Source: a bacterium
Lineage (GTDB): Bacteria > UBA8248
Reading direction: 5' to 3'
Assembly: GCA_965219955.1 (NCBI GenBank)
Contig: OZ244799.1
Location: 1,984,001 to 2,048,000, forward strand
Length of the DNA stretch: 64,000 nt
Below, piece by piece: positions 29,791 through 38,860 of this stretch. Position 1 is the first letter of the stretch. Every line of letters starts with the position of its first letter. The translations under genes were made by a program, and so were the position numbers. The notes below the pieces were generated by a model. The model was not told the origin of the DNA, made no database searches, and worked only from the letters and a program-made list of their open reading frames with translations.

Positions 29791-30235
29791 GTCCAACTAC
29801 TTCGCCTACGGGGCAAACCTGCACGTCGCGCAAATGAAGTCCCTCTGCCCCGGGAGCGAACCCGTATGTCCCGCGCGCCTTTTGGACTACCGCCTCACCA
29901 TCGCCCTGCCCGCGGCGTCACCCGGAAACCAGCCCGGCTGGGCGACCGTGACGCCCCATGAGGGCGCGCTGGTGCCGGGCGCGCTGTTCCGTCTCCACGA
30001 AGACGACCTGCCCGCGCTGGATCACTTCGAGGACTACCCGTCGCTGTACGGTCGTGAAGAAGTAGGAATCGTCACGGACGAAGGCCCGCTCCGGGCCATG
30101 ATCTACATCATGCGGCATCCGCTGAAAGCGGCACGCCCCGCGGCCCACTACGTCGAAACGCTCCGGCAGGGTTACAGTGATTTCGACCTGCCGATGGAGG
30201 TGCTCGAAAGCGTTCTGGGGGAGACCTTCTCTTGA
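29759..30235 (+). CDS. Gamma-glutamylcyclotransferase family protein
   Basis: YFAYGANL and LDHFEDYP motifs. Confidence 0.87.
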   Translation: MRRTTTSATPESNYFAYGANLHVAQMKSLCPGSEPVCPARLLDYRLTIALPAASPGNQPGWATVTPHEGALVPGALFRLHEDDLPALDHFEDYPSLYGREEVGIVTDEGPLRAMIYIMRHPLKAARPAAHYVETLRQGYSDFDLPMEVLESVLGETFS

Positions 30236-30462
30236 TGGGGTTGCTGCCCCTCCCCTGACAAAGGGGGACAGGGGGGTGGTCTCAACAAGTGAGGGGGCAA
30301 TCGAACCGACCGGGGAGGCGCCACCCCGTAGGGACAGGCCTCCGTGCCTGTCCTGATTCGAACCATCCTGCAAAAGGACAACCACGGAGGGCAGGACAAT
30401 CCCAAAGGGTTGTCCCTACTACAACCGCAACATCGATCGACGGGGGCTTTTTCAACAACTCC
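30236..30462. repeat. REP-like palindrome cluster ending in an element right TIR
   Basis: GTAGGGACAGGC..GCCTGTCC / GGACAA..TTGTCCCTAC pair (30328-30419); TTTTTCAACAACTCC at 30448-30462. Confidence 0.7.
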
Positions 30463-30504
30463 ATCCGGAACCGACTTCGAAACGGACGTTCGAATGGTTG
30501 GACG

Positions 30505-30966
30505 TCAGTCGGCGGTTCTCTCGAGCAGACGGCGCAAGGCCAGCATCGTCGTCTCGCTTTGCCTCATCGTCGTCTCACTTTGCCTCATCGTCATCTCGCT
30601 CTGCTTCATCGTGATTTCGCTCTGCCTGAGCAGCGCGTCCGTTCGTTTCGTGGACTCTTCAAGCTGCTTGCTCATGGTATCCGCCATGATCTCCGTCCGC
30701 TTCATGGATTCTTCCTGCAACCTCGTCAGCGCGTCCGTCCGCTTCATGGACTCCTCATGCTGCTTGGCAAAGGCGTCCGCCATGAGTTCGATCTGCCTCA
30801 TCATGGCGTCGATCTGCCTGTCCGTCTGCCGGGCGCGCCTCTCGGAGGCATCGCTCATCCGTTTGATGCCGTAAAAGAACAAACCCGATTGCACCATGCC
30901 CACGAACAGGGCCACACCGGCCTGAACCCATCCCACGAGCAAGGTCGCCTGCTGGAATTCCGTCAT
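30505..30966 (-). CDS. Membrane-anchored coiled-coil hypothetical protein with heptad repeats
   Basis: One TM helix; EESMKRT-like x3 and MRQSETT-like x4 repeats; paralog of 33093-33542. Confidence 0.75.
   Translation of the reverse strand: MTEFQQATLLVGWVQAGVALFVGMVQSGLFFYGIKRMSDASERRARQTDRQIDAMMRQIELMADAFAKQHEESMKRTDALTRLQEESMKRTEIMADTMSKQLEESTKRTDALLRQSEITMKQSEMTMRQSETTMRQSETTMLALRRLLERTAD
30544..30627. repeat. 21-bp tandem repeat x4 (coding heptads)
   Basis: CATCGTCGTCTCGCTTTGCCT-like unit repeated four times. Confidence 0.85.
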
Positions 30967-31116
30967 TTCCCACTCTCCCACGCCTGAGAATAAATCAACA
31001 TACGAGACGTCATCAACTCGTCCCGTCCCGGGTGGGTCCTCTGTTGTCGGTTAGATCGTTAAGAAGTATAACATGAATCGAAACAATAACGAAAATACCG
31101 GGGTCAATCCGTTTTC

Positions 31117-31602
31117 CTAGAAATCGCCCTTTTCCTGCAGATACGGAATGAGACCGCCCGCCTCGATCATCGCCCAGAGGCCGTCCGGAAAAGGCGCGAA
31201 GGTGACGGTCTCATCGCCAACGCGGGCCTCGCCCGCCATGGGGTCGACCTCTATCTCATCGCCCGCCTCTATCGCGTCGGTATCGCACGCGATGACGGGG
31301 AGCCCCGAGTTGATGGCGTTCCGGTAGAACATGTGCCCAAAACTCCTGGCGAGCACACAGCTCACGCCGAGTTCCCTGAGCACGACGGCGGAATCCTGAC
31401 GGCTGCTGACGAGGCCGAAGTTCTCCCCCGCCACCACCACGTCGCCTTGCTGTACTCTCCCCGAGAAATCGGGGTCCAGTTCCCTGAAGGCGTCGCGCTT
31501 CAATTCTTCCAACGAGGTGCCCGGCGAGCGGTATTTGACCGACAGATGCACGTCGGTGCTGATGTCGTCGCCGAAGCGGTGGACGCGTCCCCTCATCGCC
31601 AC
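31117..31602 (-). CDS. Aconitase-family small (swivel) subunit, LeuD-like
   Basis: FGDDISTD, VAGENFG..SSR and FYRNAINSGL motifs. Confidence 0.88.
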   Translation of the reverse strand: MAMRGRVHRFGDDISTDVHLSVKYRSPGTSLEELKRDAFRELDPDFSGRVQQGDVVVAGENFGLVSSRQDSAVVLRELGVSCVLARSFGHMFYRNAINSGLPVIACDTDAIEAGDEIEVDPMAGEARVGDETVTFAPFPDGLWAMIEAGGLIPYLQEKGDF

Positions 31603-31623
31603 GATTTCATTCTCCTCATACGC

Positions 31624-32880
31624 CTAGAGAAACTCTCTGGGATCCGTGATACGGCCCGCCACCGCGCTCGCCGCCACCGTGGCGGGCGAGCCCAGATAAA
31701 TCTCGGCCTCCTTGCTGCCGAGCCTCCCCGGGAAATTGCGGTTCGCGGAGGATATGGCGCGCTCCCCGTCGGCGAGGCAGCCGTTTCCCGTCATCGAGGC
31801 ACAAGGCCCGCACGCGGCGGTGAGCACGGCGGCCCCCGCTTCGGCCAAAGCCCCGATGGCCCCGCTCGCGGCGGCGGCCTCGTAGATCTTCTTGCTCGTG
31901 GGCGCGACGTAGAAGCGAACACCCGGCGCAATCTTCCTGCCGCGCACGATCTTTGCGGCGATTTCGATATCCTCGAGCCTCCCGTTCGTGCACGTGCCCA
32001 CGAACGCCTGCTGGACGGGCAGGCCCGCGTAGTCCTCGATGGGGTGCGCGTTCCCGGTGGCGGGCGGCGCGGCCACGACGGGCGTGAGCGAGGAGACGTC
32101 GAGAGCGATTCTCCTCGCGTATTCTGCGTCCTCATCCGGCGAGACGGGCGTGTTGAACCGCGCCCCGTGCGCCCGCGCCCAGTCGAGCGCCTTTTCGTCC
32201 ACCTCCATGATCCCCGTCTTCGCCCCCATGTCGACCGACATGTTCGCGATAGTGAAGCGCGCGTCCATCGAGAGGTCCGCAAGTGCTGTGCCGCCGTATT
32301 CCACCGCCATGTAGTTCGCGCCGTTCGCGCCCATCTCGCGCGCGAGGACGAGTTCCATGTCTTTCGAGAAAACGCCGTGGGCGAGCGCGCCGGTGAACTC
32401 CACGCGGACGCTCTCGGGCGTCTTGAACCACAGCTTGCCGGTGGCGTAGGCCGAAGCGATCTCCACGCTCTCGACCGCCACGCCCATCGCGCCCAGCGCC
32501 CCGTAGGTGCACACGTGGCTGTCGCCGCCTACCGCCAGCGCGCCCGGCCCCACGCGGCCCTCCTCCGTCACCACGGTGTGGCAAACGCCGGAGCCTGGTT
32601 CAAAGACCTCGACGCCGTGCTCCTCGCCGAAGATTCTCAGCTTCTTGTGGTGGTTCGCCCAGAGGACGTCCTGGGCGGGCACGAAATGATCGATGACGAA
32701 ATCCGTTTTTTTCGGGTCCATCCGGAACTCGAAGCCCGCCTCGCGGAAGATGTCGACCGCTTTCGGCCCCTTGGCGTCGCCGGCCATGACGTAGTCGAGC
32801 TCGGCGATCACCAGATCGCCCGCCCTGGCCTCGCTGCCTGAGTGCGCGGAGAGGATTTTCTCCGCCATCGTCTGACCCAC
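31624..32880 (-). CDS. Aconitase-family large subunit, LeuC/homoaconitase-like
   Basis: DHFVP, GVCH, DSH, GTCTNGR, CGPC and NRNFPGR motifs; GTG start after AAGGAG. Confidence 0.9.
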   Translation of the reverse strand: MGQTMAEKILSAHSGSEARAGDLVIAELDYVMAGDAKGPKAVDIFREAGFEFRMDPKKTDFVIDHFVPAQDVLWANHHKKLRIFGEEHGVEVFEPGSGVCHTVVTEEGRVGPGALAVGGDSHVCTYGALGAMGVAVESVEIASAYATGKLWFKTPESVRVEFTGALAHGVFSKDMELVLAREMGANGANYMAVEYGGTALADLSMDARFTIANMSVDMGAKTGIMEVDEKALDWARAHGARFNTPVSPDEDAEYARRIALDVSSLTPVVAAPPATGNAHPIEDYAGLPVQQAFVGTCTNGRLEDIEIAAKIVRGRKIAPGVRFYVAPTSKKIYEAAAASGAIGALAEAGAAVLTAACGPCASMTGNGCLADGERAISSANRNFPGRLGSKEAEIYLGSPATVAASAVAGRITDPREFL

Positions 32881-33092
32881 GACTTTCTCCTTGTTGAATC
32901 TTTCATATCGGGAACGCAAAGCCTTTGTATACACCAAAAACCGGGCGCGCGGAATTGTGAGGAGGCATGCGCCTCGCGGTGGATTTAAAGGAACAAGGCG
33001 ACGAGGAGCCGAACGCGCCTTCGCTTTGACTTATCCCGCGCCCTGGGCGAGACTGGATGGGCTACTCCACGAGATAAACTGGAGAAAAGCGA

Positions 33093-33542
33093 ATGACGGA
33101 ATACGAAGCCGCAAGCCTCGCCGTGCAACAAGACACGCTCGCACTGCAACAGGCCACTCTAGCCCTTCAACAAGCATCGCTTGCAGTGCAACGAGCTTCC
33201 GTGTGGGTCGCCGCCATCGTCGGGGCCGCGCAGTGCAGCCTCATCGGAGTCGGGCTCTACATCATGCGCCGGGCCGCGATTCAGCGCGACGCCCAGCACC
33301 GGGAAAACATGGCGCAGCATCGGGAGACCATGAAGGAGCTGGACAGCCGACATCAAGCAGCCATGGCGCAACATCAAGAAACCATGGCGGTGCTTAATCG
33401 TCAGCAAGAAGCGCAAAAAGAACAACACCAGGAAACCATGAAGGTGCTGGAAGGCCAGAACAAGGCCCTGGACAATCAACAAACGGCGATGATGGAACTC
33501 ATCCGCCGAACCTCGGGGACACCCGCTCAAGGGGACGGCTGA
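33093..33542 (+). CDS. Membrane-anchored coiled-coil hypothetical protein with heptad repeats
   Basis: (A/D)(S/T)LA(V/L)Q(Q/R) x4, one TM helix, QH(R/Q)E(T/N)M(A/K) x4, ELIRRT C-terminus. Confidence 0.78.
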   Translation: MTEYEAASLAVQQDTLALQQATLALQQASLAVQRASVWVAAIVGAAQCSLIGVGLYIMRRAAIQRDAQHRENMAQHRETMKELDSRHQAAMAQHQETMAVLNRQQEAQKEQHQETMKVLEGQNKALDNQQTAMMELIRRTSGTPAQGDG

Positions 33543-33599
33543 GCGGGCGGGCTTCACCACCTCTAGTTCCTCTTCATATACGCTCCGGCAAGCGAGACG

Positions 33600-33788
33600 C
33601 TACCGGGCGGCTCTGGCCGCCGCCTGCTCGAAGTGACGGACAGCGGCCTCGAACCGGTCCCTGCAACCGGGATTGCGGAACCCGACGACCTTGCCGTCGT
33701 ACCCGGTCAGCGAGTCCGCCTGCACCGGCTCCCCGGACCAGGGGCGCCTCTCGTTGATGCAATCGGCGATATCGGGGTCCGTCATGGA
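33600..33788 (-). CDS. Small YHS/TRASH-like protein
   Basis: INERRPWSG..V....GKVVGFRNPGCRDRF pattern. Confidence 0.6.
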   Translation of the reverse strand, partial: SMTDPDIADCINERRPWSGEPVQADSLTGYDGKVVGFRNPGCRDRFEAAVRHFEQAAARAAR

Positions 33789-33864
33789 AATCCTTGCCCG
33801 GCTCATACAGGGGGCGTTCGAGAACGCCCCACGTTCGCGAGCGCAGGCCGCTCACGAGCGGCCC

Positions 33865-34785
33865 CTACGGACGTTTGGCGCGGCGTTTCCGGGGTTTCGG
33901 CGCCGGGCGTTCGGCCAGGAACCAGTCGAGTATCTGCTCGCCGTCCCAGCACACCACCCCCGGTTTGGACAGGATATGCTCGAAAGTTTCGCGCACGTAT
34001 TTGATCCGGTGCGGCGAGCCCGAGAGATATGGGTGCATGGCGATCGACATCACCTTGGTGGATTCGTGGCTTTCGGCGTAAACGGTCTCGAAGTAATCAA
34101 TCGCGCGGTCGCGGAAGACCCGGGACTCATGGTACTGGATCGCCATGCTCACGATGTCGTGGAGCTCGTAGTTGTAGGGCAGCGCCACGACCGATTTGCC
34201 GACCGTCGTCTTCACGTGCACCGGCTGGTCGTCGAGCACCCAGTCGCCGATGTATTCGACCCCGGCTTCGGCGAGAAGATCCAGCGTCTGGTAGGTCTGC
34301 GTCAGCCCCGGACCGAACCAGCCGCGCGGCCTCTTGCCGCAGAATTCCGTGATGATGTCCATGCACTTGTCGATCGTCTCGCGTTCGTCGTCGAGCTTGT
34401 GCATGGGTATCTGCTCGTAGGAGTGGGCGTTGAACTCCCAACCCGCTTCCAGGCAGGCCCCGGCGACTTGCGGGTATTCCAGGCAGGTGCGGGCGTTCAG
34501 GGTCACCGTCGGGCGGACGCCCAGATCGTCGAGCATGCGCTTGATGCGCCACACGCCGACCCGCATCCCGTATTCATGCCAGCTCCAGTTGGGATGGTCG
34601 GGGAGCATCGGCACCCCCTGGGGCGGGGGTATCACCATGCGCGCCATGGGCCGGACGATGTCCCACACCTCCAGCGCCAGTACCGGCCAGAGCACCAGGC
34701 GTGCGCCTTCGGGAAGTTTGAGCGGCTTGCGATCGATGATGGCCGAATAGGGCAGGCGGTCTCCGGGCCTCATGCCTTCTTTCAT
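33865..34785 (-). CDS. Polysaccharide deacetylase family (PuuE-like)
   Basis: WHEYGMRVG, PRGWFGPG, DDQP and MHPYLSG motifs. Confidence 0.9.
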   Translation of the reverse strand: MKEGMRPGDRLPYSAIIDRKPLKLPEGARLVLWPVLALEVWDIVRPMARMVIPPPQGVPMLPDHPNWSWHEYGMRVGVWRIKRMLDDLGVRPTVTLNARTCLEYPQVAGACLEAGWEFNAHSYEQIPMHKLDDERETIDKCMDIITEFCGKRPRGWFGPGLTQTYQTLDLLAEAGVEYIGDWVLDDQPVHVKTTVGKSVVALPYNYELHDIVSMAIQYHESRVFRDRAIDYFETVYAESHESTKVMSIAMHPYLSGSPHRIKYVRETFEHILSKPGVVCWDGEQILDWFLAERPAPKPRKRRAKRP

Positions 34786-34889
34786 GTCTTGTCTCCGAAT
34801 AGGTTGCGACCGGCCATGCAGGGCCGCGCGCGGTTTTTGTTTGCGTGACTATACCATAGTCAATAAGACGCGGCAGAGAGCCCTGCGCG

Positions 34890-35438
34890 TCAGTCGGCGG
34901 GGCGGTGGCGCGCCAGGGCATTGGCCAGGATATCGCGCGCCGGAGCCGATCCGTCGAGCGGGCGCAGCTTCCGGCTCTTGATCTTCCAGCCGCCGGGCGT
35001 GCGCGTGAGTTCCCAGCGGTTGGCGAGGACCCGGTGGATGCGGTAGCCGGTCGAGACGCCGTGATTGGGCAGCTCGCGCTCGTCGCCCTCGGCATCGGGA
35101 TGGATGAGCTGCAGGTAGGAAGTGACCCAGGCAGAATCGCCGTCGAGTTCGACGTGCGGCAGCCCGGCGAAGTGGGCGAGGCCGCCGTGGATCGCCTCTT
35201 GATGTTCGGGCCTCAGGGTGATGGCGGCGATGGCCTCGGCCCCGAGCGTGTAGTCGAGACTCTCCCCGCGGTCAAAGACGCCGTCTTCGGTGAAGATGGC
35301 GCGGGTGTAATAGTCCGCGCCGGTGTCGGCGCTCGGCGGGTGCGAAGCGATGAGGTTGTAGATTTCGAGCCTGTCCTCGATATCGCGCAGCCGCGCTTCG
35401 AGCGGCTCAGGCCCCGGCGTTCTTTCGGTTTCAGTCAT
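34890..35438 (-). CDS. SnoaL-like / NTF2 family protein
   Basis: IEDRLEI, FTEDG and GWKIKSR motifs. Confidence 0.85.
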   Translation of the reverse strand: MTETERTPGPEPLEARLRDIEDRLEIYNLIASHPPSADTGADYYTRAIFTEDGVFDRGESLDYTLGAEAIAAITLRPEHQEAIHGGLAHFAGLPHVELDGDSAWVTSYLQLIHPDAEGDERELPNHGVSTGYRIHRVLANRWELTRTPGGWKIKSRKLRPLDGSAPARDILANALARHRPAD

Positions 35439-35540
35439 ATCGTTTCCTCCCTCCGGACAATCGAATGAAAATATCGCACGTTCCGGGGCGCGGTCGCTCT
35501 CTCAATTTTGCGATGAAGAACTTCGCCGGGATGGTTCGTT

Positions 35541-35951
35541 TCACACGTGCAGAACGACGAGGTCATCCTCCACCGTCACCCGAAAGGTTTCCACGGAAGG
35601 GTCTTCCTCCACGCTCTCCGGCCGTTCGACCGTCACTTTATACGCTCTTACGCGGGTGCGGTGCGGGTTGAAGACGGAGCGCCCCGTGAGGATGTCGAAT
35701 TCCCAGCAATGCCAGGGACAGACGATGATCTCGCCGTCTTTCACGTATTGGATCTCACGGGGGGCGTTCGCGTCCATGGTCCCGCGCACGGGCCCGATGC
35801 ATAACGGCGCTCCCTGGTGGGGGCAAATGTTTCTCAAGGCGAAATACGCCCCCTTGACGTTGAACACCCCGATGGAGCGATTGTCGAATTCGACGATTTT
35901 CCTTTCGCCGGGAGGCAAGTCCGACACCTTGCATACGATATGCTTTCCCAT
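35541..35951 (-). CDS. Rieske [2Fe-2S] ferredoxin
   Basis: CPHQG and CPWH motifs. Confidence 0.93.
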   Translation of the reverse strand: MGKHIVCKVSDLPPGERKIVEFDNRSIGVFNVKGAYFALRNICPHQGAPLCIGPVRGTMDANAPREIQYVKDGEIIVCPWHCWEFDILTGRSVFNPHRTRVRAYKVTVERPESVEEDPSVETFRVTVEDDLVVLHV

Positions 35952-37138
35952 CAGGCTTCCCCGTTTTCTCCCATCACGATTTTCTTGAGCTTCGGGTAGG
36001 TACCAAGCGCATTCTCATAGAAGATGCTCTTGCGCAGCTGCGGGTCGACGTTGGGGAAAACATACCGCGGATCGTCGAAGTCCCAATGCGGGTAGTCCGA
36101 TGAAAACTGAAGCGTGTCTTCCGCATAAATCATTCTCAGCATTTGCTCGTTGAATTCGGGCCTGGGCGGCTCCTCCACGGGCTGGCTCGTGAACCGAACG
36201 TGTTTTCGGATGACTTCGCTGGGCGGCTCCTTCACCCAGGGGACTTCCAGCCGCAGGGACCTCCACTCCTTGTCCAGGCGCCACATGAGGCCCGCGACCC
36301 ATGCGTAACCCATCTCCTGGACGATGAACTTGAGGTTCGGGAAGCGTGAGAACACCCCCTCGCATACCATGCTCGTCACGTGCATCCACCCCACCTGGGG
36401 CAAGCCGCTGTGCAGTTCGATGAAGTAAGACGGCATCCCCACGGCCAGCATCGGCGGGTTGACGCCGGCGGTTTCAGAGCCGCCGTGAATCGCGACGGGC
36501 AGATCGTGACGGGAGGCCGCTTCGTATATCGGCCACATGTACCGCTGTCCCAGGGGAATATCCATCGGACAGACCTGGACCGAGACGATATCGGGATGAC
36601 CCGCCAGCCGATCGATTTCCTCCGCCGCGAGATTCGGATCGCGCGGACTCACCCAGATGCACGCCTTGAAGCGGTGATCGGTGGAAGCCCACTCGGCGAG
36701 AACGAAATCGTTGTAGGCGGAAGCGTAGGCGGCGCTCAGGTCCGCATCCGGAATTCCGGAGACCCCCGTGGCGTCCTGCCCGACGATGATGGCGTAGTTG
36801 ATGTCGTGCTCGTCGAGAAGCTGCTTCGCCAGGAAGCCGATGTCCGATCCGATGGGTCCGCCTTCGGGCGGCCTGGCGTCCACTCGCCCGGACCCCCCGG
36901 GATGAGGATGGAAGAAAGCGCGCCTGGGAACGGAAAACGTATTTCGGGGATTGGCTTCGTCTTTCACCAGGGCGCCCTTCATCCCGAGCCGGGCCTGCCA
37001 CTTCTCGGGGAGATAGGGTTTTAAGGACTGCACCCCTTTCGGCATTCGGGGATGAATATCGCAATCGATGATGTTCAACTTTTTTCCGGTTGAGACGTCA
37101 ATCATGTCCGTGGTTTCCGCTTGATTCACCGGGTTCAT
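35951..37138 (-). CDS. Amidohydrolase_2 family protein (possible dinuclear oxygenase)
   Basis: DCDIHP, QPVEEP and FSSDYPHWDFD motifs; translationally coupled to the Rieske gene. Confidence 0.9.
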   Translation of the reverse strand: MNPVNQAETTDMIDVSTGKKLNIIDCDIHPRMPKGVQSLKPYLPEKWQARLGMKGALVKDEANPRNTFSVPRRAFFHPHPGGSGRVDARPPEGGPIGSDIGFLAKQLLDEHDINYAIIVGQDATGVSGIPDADLSAAYASAYNDFVLAEWASTDHRFKACIWVSPRDPNLAAEEIDRLAGHPDIVSVQVCPMDIPLGQRYMWPIYEAASRHDLPVAIHGGSETAGVNPPMLAVGMPSYFIELHSGLPQVGWMHVTSMVCEGVFSRFPNLKFIVQEMGYAWVAGLMWRLDKEWRSLRLEVPWVKEPPSEVIRKHVRFTSQPVEEPPRPEFNEQMLRMIYAEDTLQFSSDYPHWDFDDPRYVFPNVDPQLRKSIFYENALGTYPKLKKIVMGENGEA

Positions 37139-37278
37139 GGGGAGGCCTCCAACTCAGATGTGAGATTGGCGTTTCACGAAATGTCCCTAATATGGTGTCT
37201 GGAGTGAAGCGAAGTCAAACAACACGCTGTGAAGACACTTCTGCAAAGAGATACGGAGCCATTGCATCCAGTTGACGT

Positions 37279-37749
37279 GGAGTTGTTGAACAAGCCCTTC
37301 CCAGGCAGGTTCGACTGCCGGAACAATGGAGCAATGTCTCGTTCCCCGTAGGGGCCGTTCGCGAACGACCCCCTGGAGAAACGGGTGCTTCACGAAGCGC
37401 CCCTACGGGAACGTCCCTTTGAGAGATCACAATGCCCGTCATTCCGGCGAAAGCCGGAATCCATTTTCGCCTTCGTCTTTTCGCCTCCTCGTTCGGACGT
37501 ATTCACTTCAGGGCGGGAAGGATCGGAATCGAACACGAAAAGCGAATTCTCTGGATTCCGCATCCGGACGCCGCGCAACAACGAGGTCGTGGTCACCCTG
37601 CCCGGTGAAAAGTCAAAATGGATTCCGGCTTTCGCCGGAATGACGGCTTCGTGGTGAACCGCATCAGCCGCCTCCGTAACGACGCCCGAATCCAAGCGGA
37701 CGCGAAACGCATCGTCAATTCCGACCGGGGAGGGCTTTTCAACAGCCCC
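37279..37749. mobile_element. MITE-like element E4 with two REP-like cargos
   Basis: GGAGTTGTTGAACAAGCCC / GGGCTTTTCAACAGCCCC ends; GTAG REP pair at 37348-37406; GTCATTCCGGCGAAAGCCGGAATCC inverted pair at 37438-37644. Confidence 0.7.
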
Positions 37750-37951
37750 GTATGGTTCTCAAGTTCATGGCAAGCAGAGGATGAATTCCGGGTAGTTGAC
37801 ATGACCTGATGAGCGGGGGATATTTGATGGATCATCTGAATTTATGGAAACCGACAGCGCCATTCCCCGGTACGAAGGGGTTGGGAGGGAATACGTATAG
37901 ATACGGTTGTGTTCGCTCGCAGTGCCCGCCGGAAAACGGAGGAGATCCATA

Positions 37952-38359
37952 TTGGAACCCCGTGACCACGTCGCAAAGGCGCAAAGAATCGAAGCCTCTC
38001 TTCGGAAGCTGGATCCCGCCGACGACCCCGAGATGATCATCGAGACGTGCATGCTCGCCGCCACGCACTATTTCAACGCGGCTCTCCACGCGGAAGGGAT
38101 AACGAACCAGCTGATGGATCATGCCCACACCTTCCGCCCCACTCTGGACGGATACGTCAAGAAGCCCAGCGCGGCGCTTCAGGCGGCGATGGAGCCTCTG
38201 AAATTCATCGAGCAACTCCGCCCCGGGCATTGCCGGGGCACGGAACCGATCAGCCGGGCGATCATGGACGAATGCCTCCAAAGTCTGGAGGAGGCGAAAG
38301 CCGGTTTTCTGGGAATCGTCGGGGGCGCGGCCCGGTCCGCAGTCTGGAAAGTGATATGA
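37952..38359 (+). CDS. Hypothetical helical protein (paralog 1)
   Basis: GGAGGAG RBS with TTG start; homologous to the next ORF. Confidence 0.75.
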   Translation: MEPRDHVAKAQRIEASLRKLDPADDPEMIIETCMLAATHYFNAALHAEGITNQLMDHAHTFRPTLDGYVKKPSAALQAAMEPLKFIEQLRPGHCRGTEPISRAIMDECLQSLEEAKAGFLGIVGGAARSAVWKVI

Positions 38360-38381
38360 CCGGAAAATCTGGAGATACGCC

Positions 38382-38786
38382 GTGAAAATCGAAGAACATA
38401 TGGCCAAGGCTGAGCGGTTTGCGCGATCCGTGGAAAAACTGGACCCCGCAGAAGATTTCGAGGCGGTGATGTGGGGCCGCATGCACATCTGCTCGAACTG
38501 GATAAATGCCGCGCTCCATGCGAAAGGGGTCATTCCGGAAACGGATGACGTCGCCCATACCTGGTATCTGTTCGATTACGGGGACCATGATTTCCTGGAG
38601 GCCAGCATAGACCAAGAGACCCGGCGCGCCCTGACCGAATTGGCCGTATTCGAGAGCCTCAGAACAACGCACGTGCGGGGACCCGGCACCTACGGCTCCG
38701 AGGTGTGCAACCTTTCCGAAAGAGCCTACAACCACCTCAAGGAATTTACGGAGAAAGCGATTGCCGCAATAAGTCCGAGCGCTTAG
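38382..38786 (+). CDS. Hypothetical helical protein (paralog 2)
   Basis: GGAG RBS with GTG start; shares H..KA, LDP..D.E, NAALH, D.AHT and E.LR..H.RG with paralog 1. Confidence 0.8.
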   Translation: MKIEEHMAKAERFARSVEKLDPAEDFEAVMWGRMHICSNWINAALHAKGVIPETDDVAHTWYLFDYGDHDFLEASIDQETRRALTELAVFESLRTTHVRGPGTYGSEVCNLSERAYNHLKEFTEKAIAAISPSA

Positions 38787-38860
38787 ATAGTCGAGGCGTT
38801 GGTTAAATCATCCCGTTCAAGGATGCAAATCGTCCTGCTCTGATGAGGGAGGGTAAATTG

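Noticed and set aside
30544-30627. Short tandem repeats as a possible CRISPR array
   Set aside because: Contiguous 21-bp coding heptads with no spacers and no cas genes.
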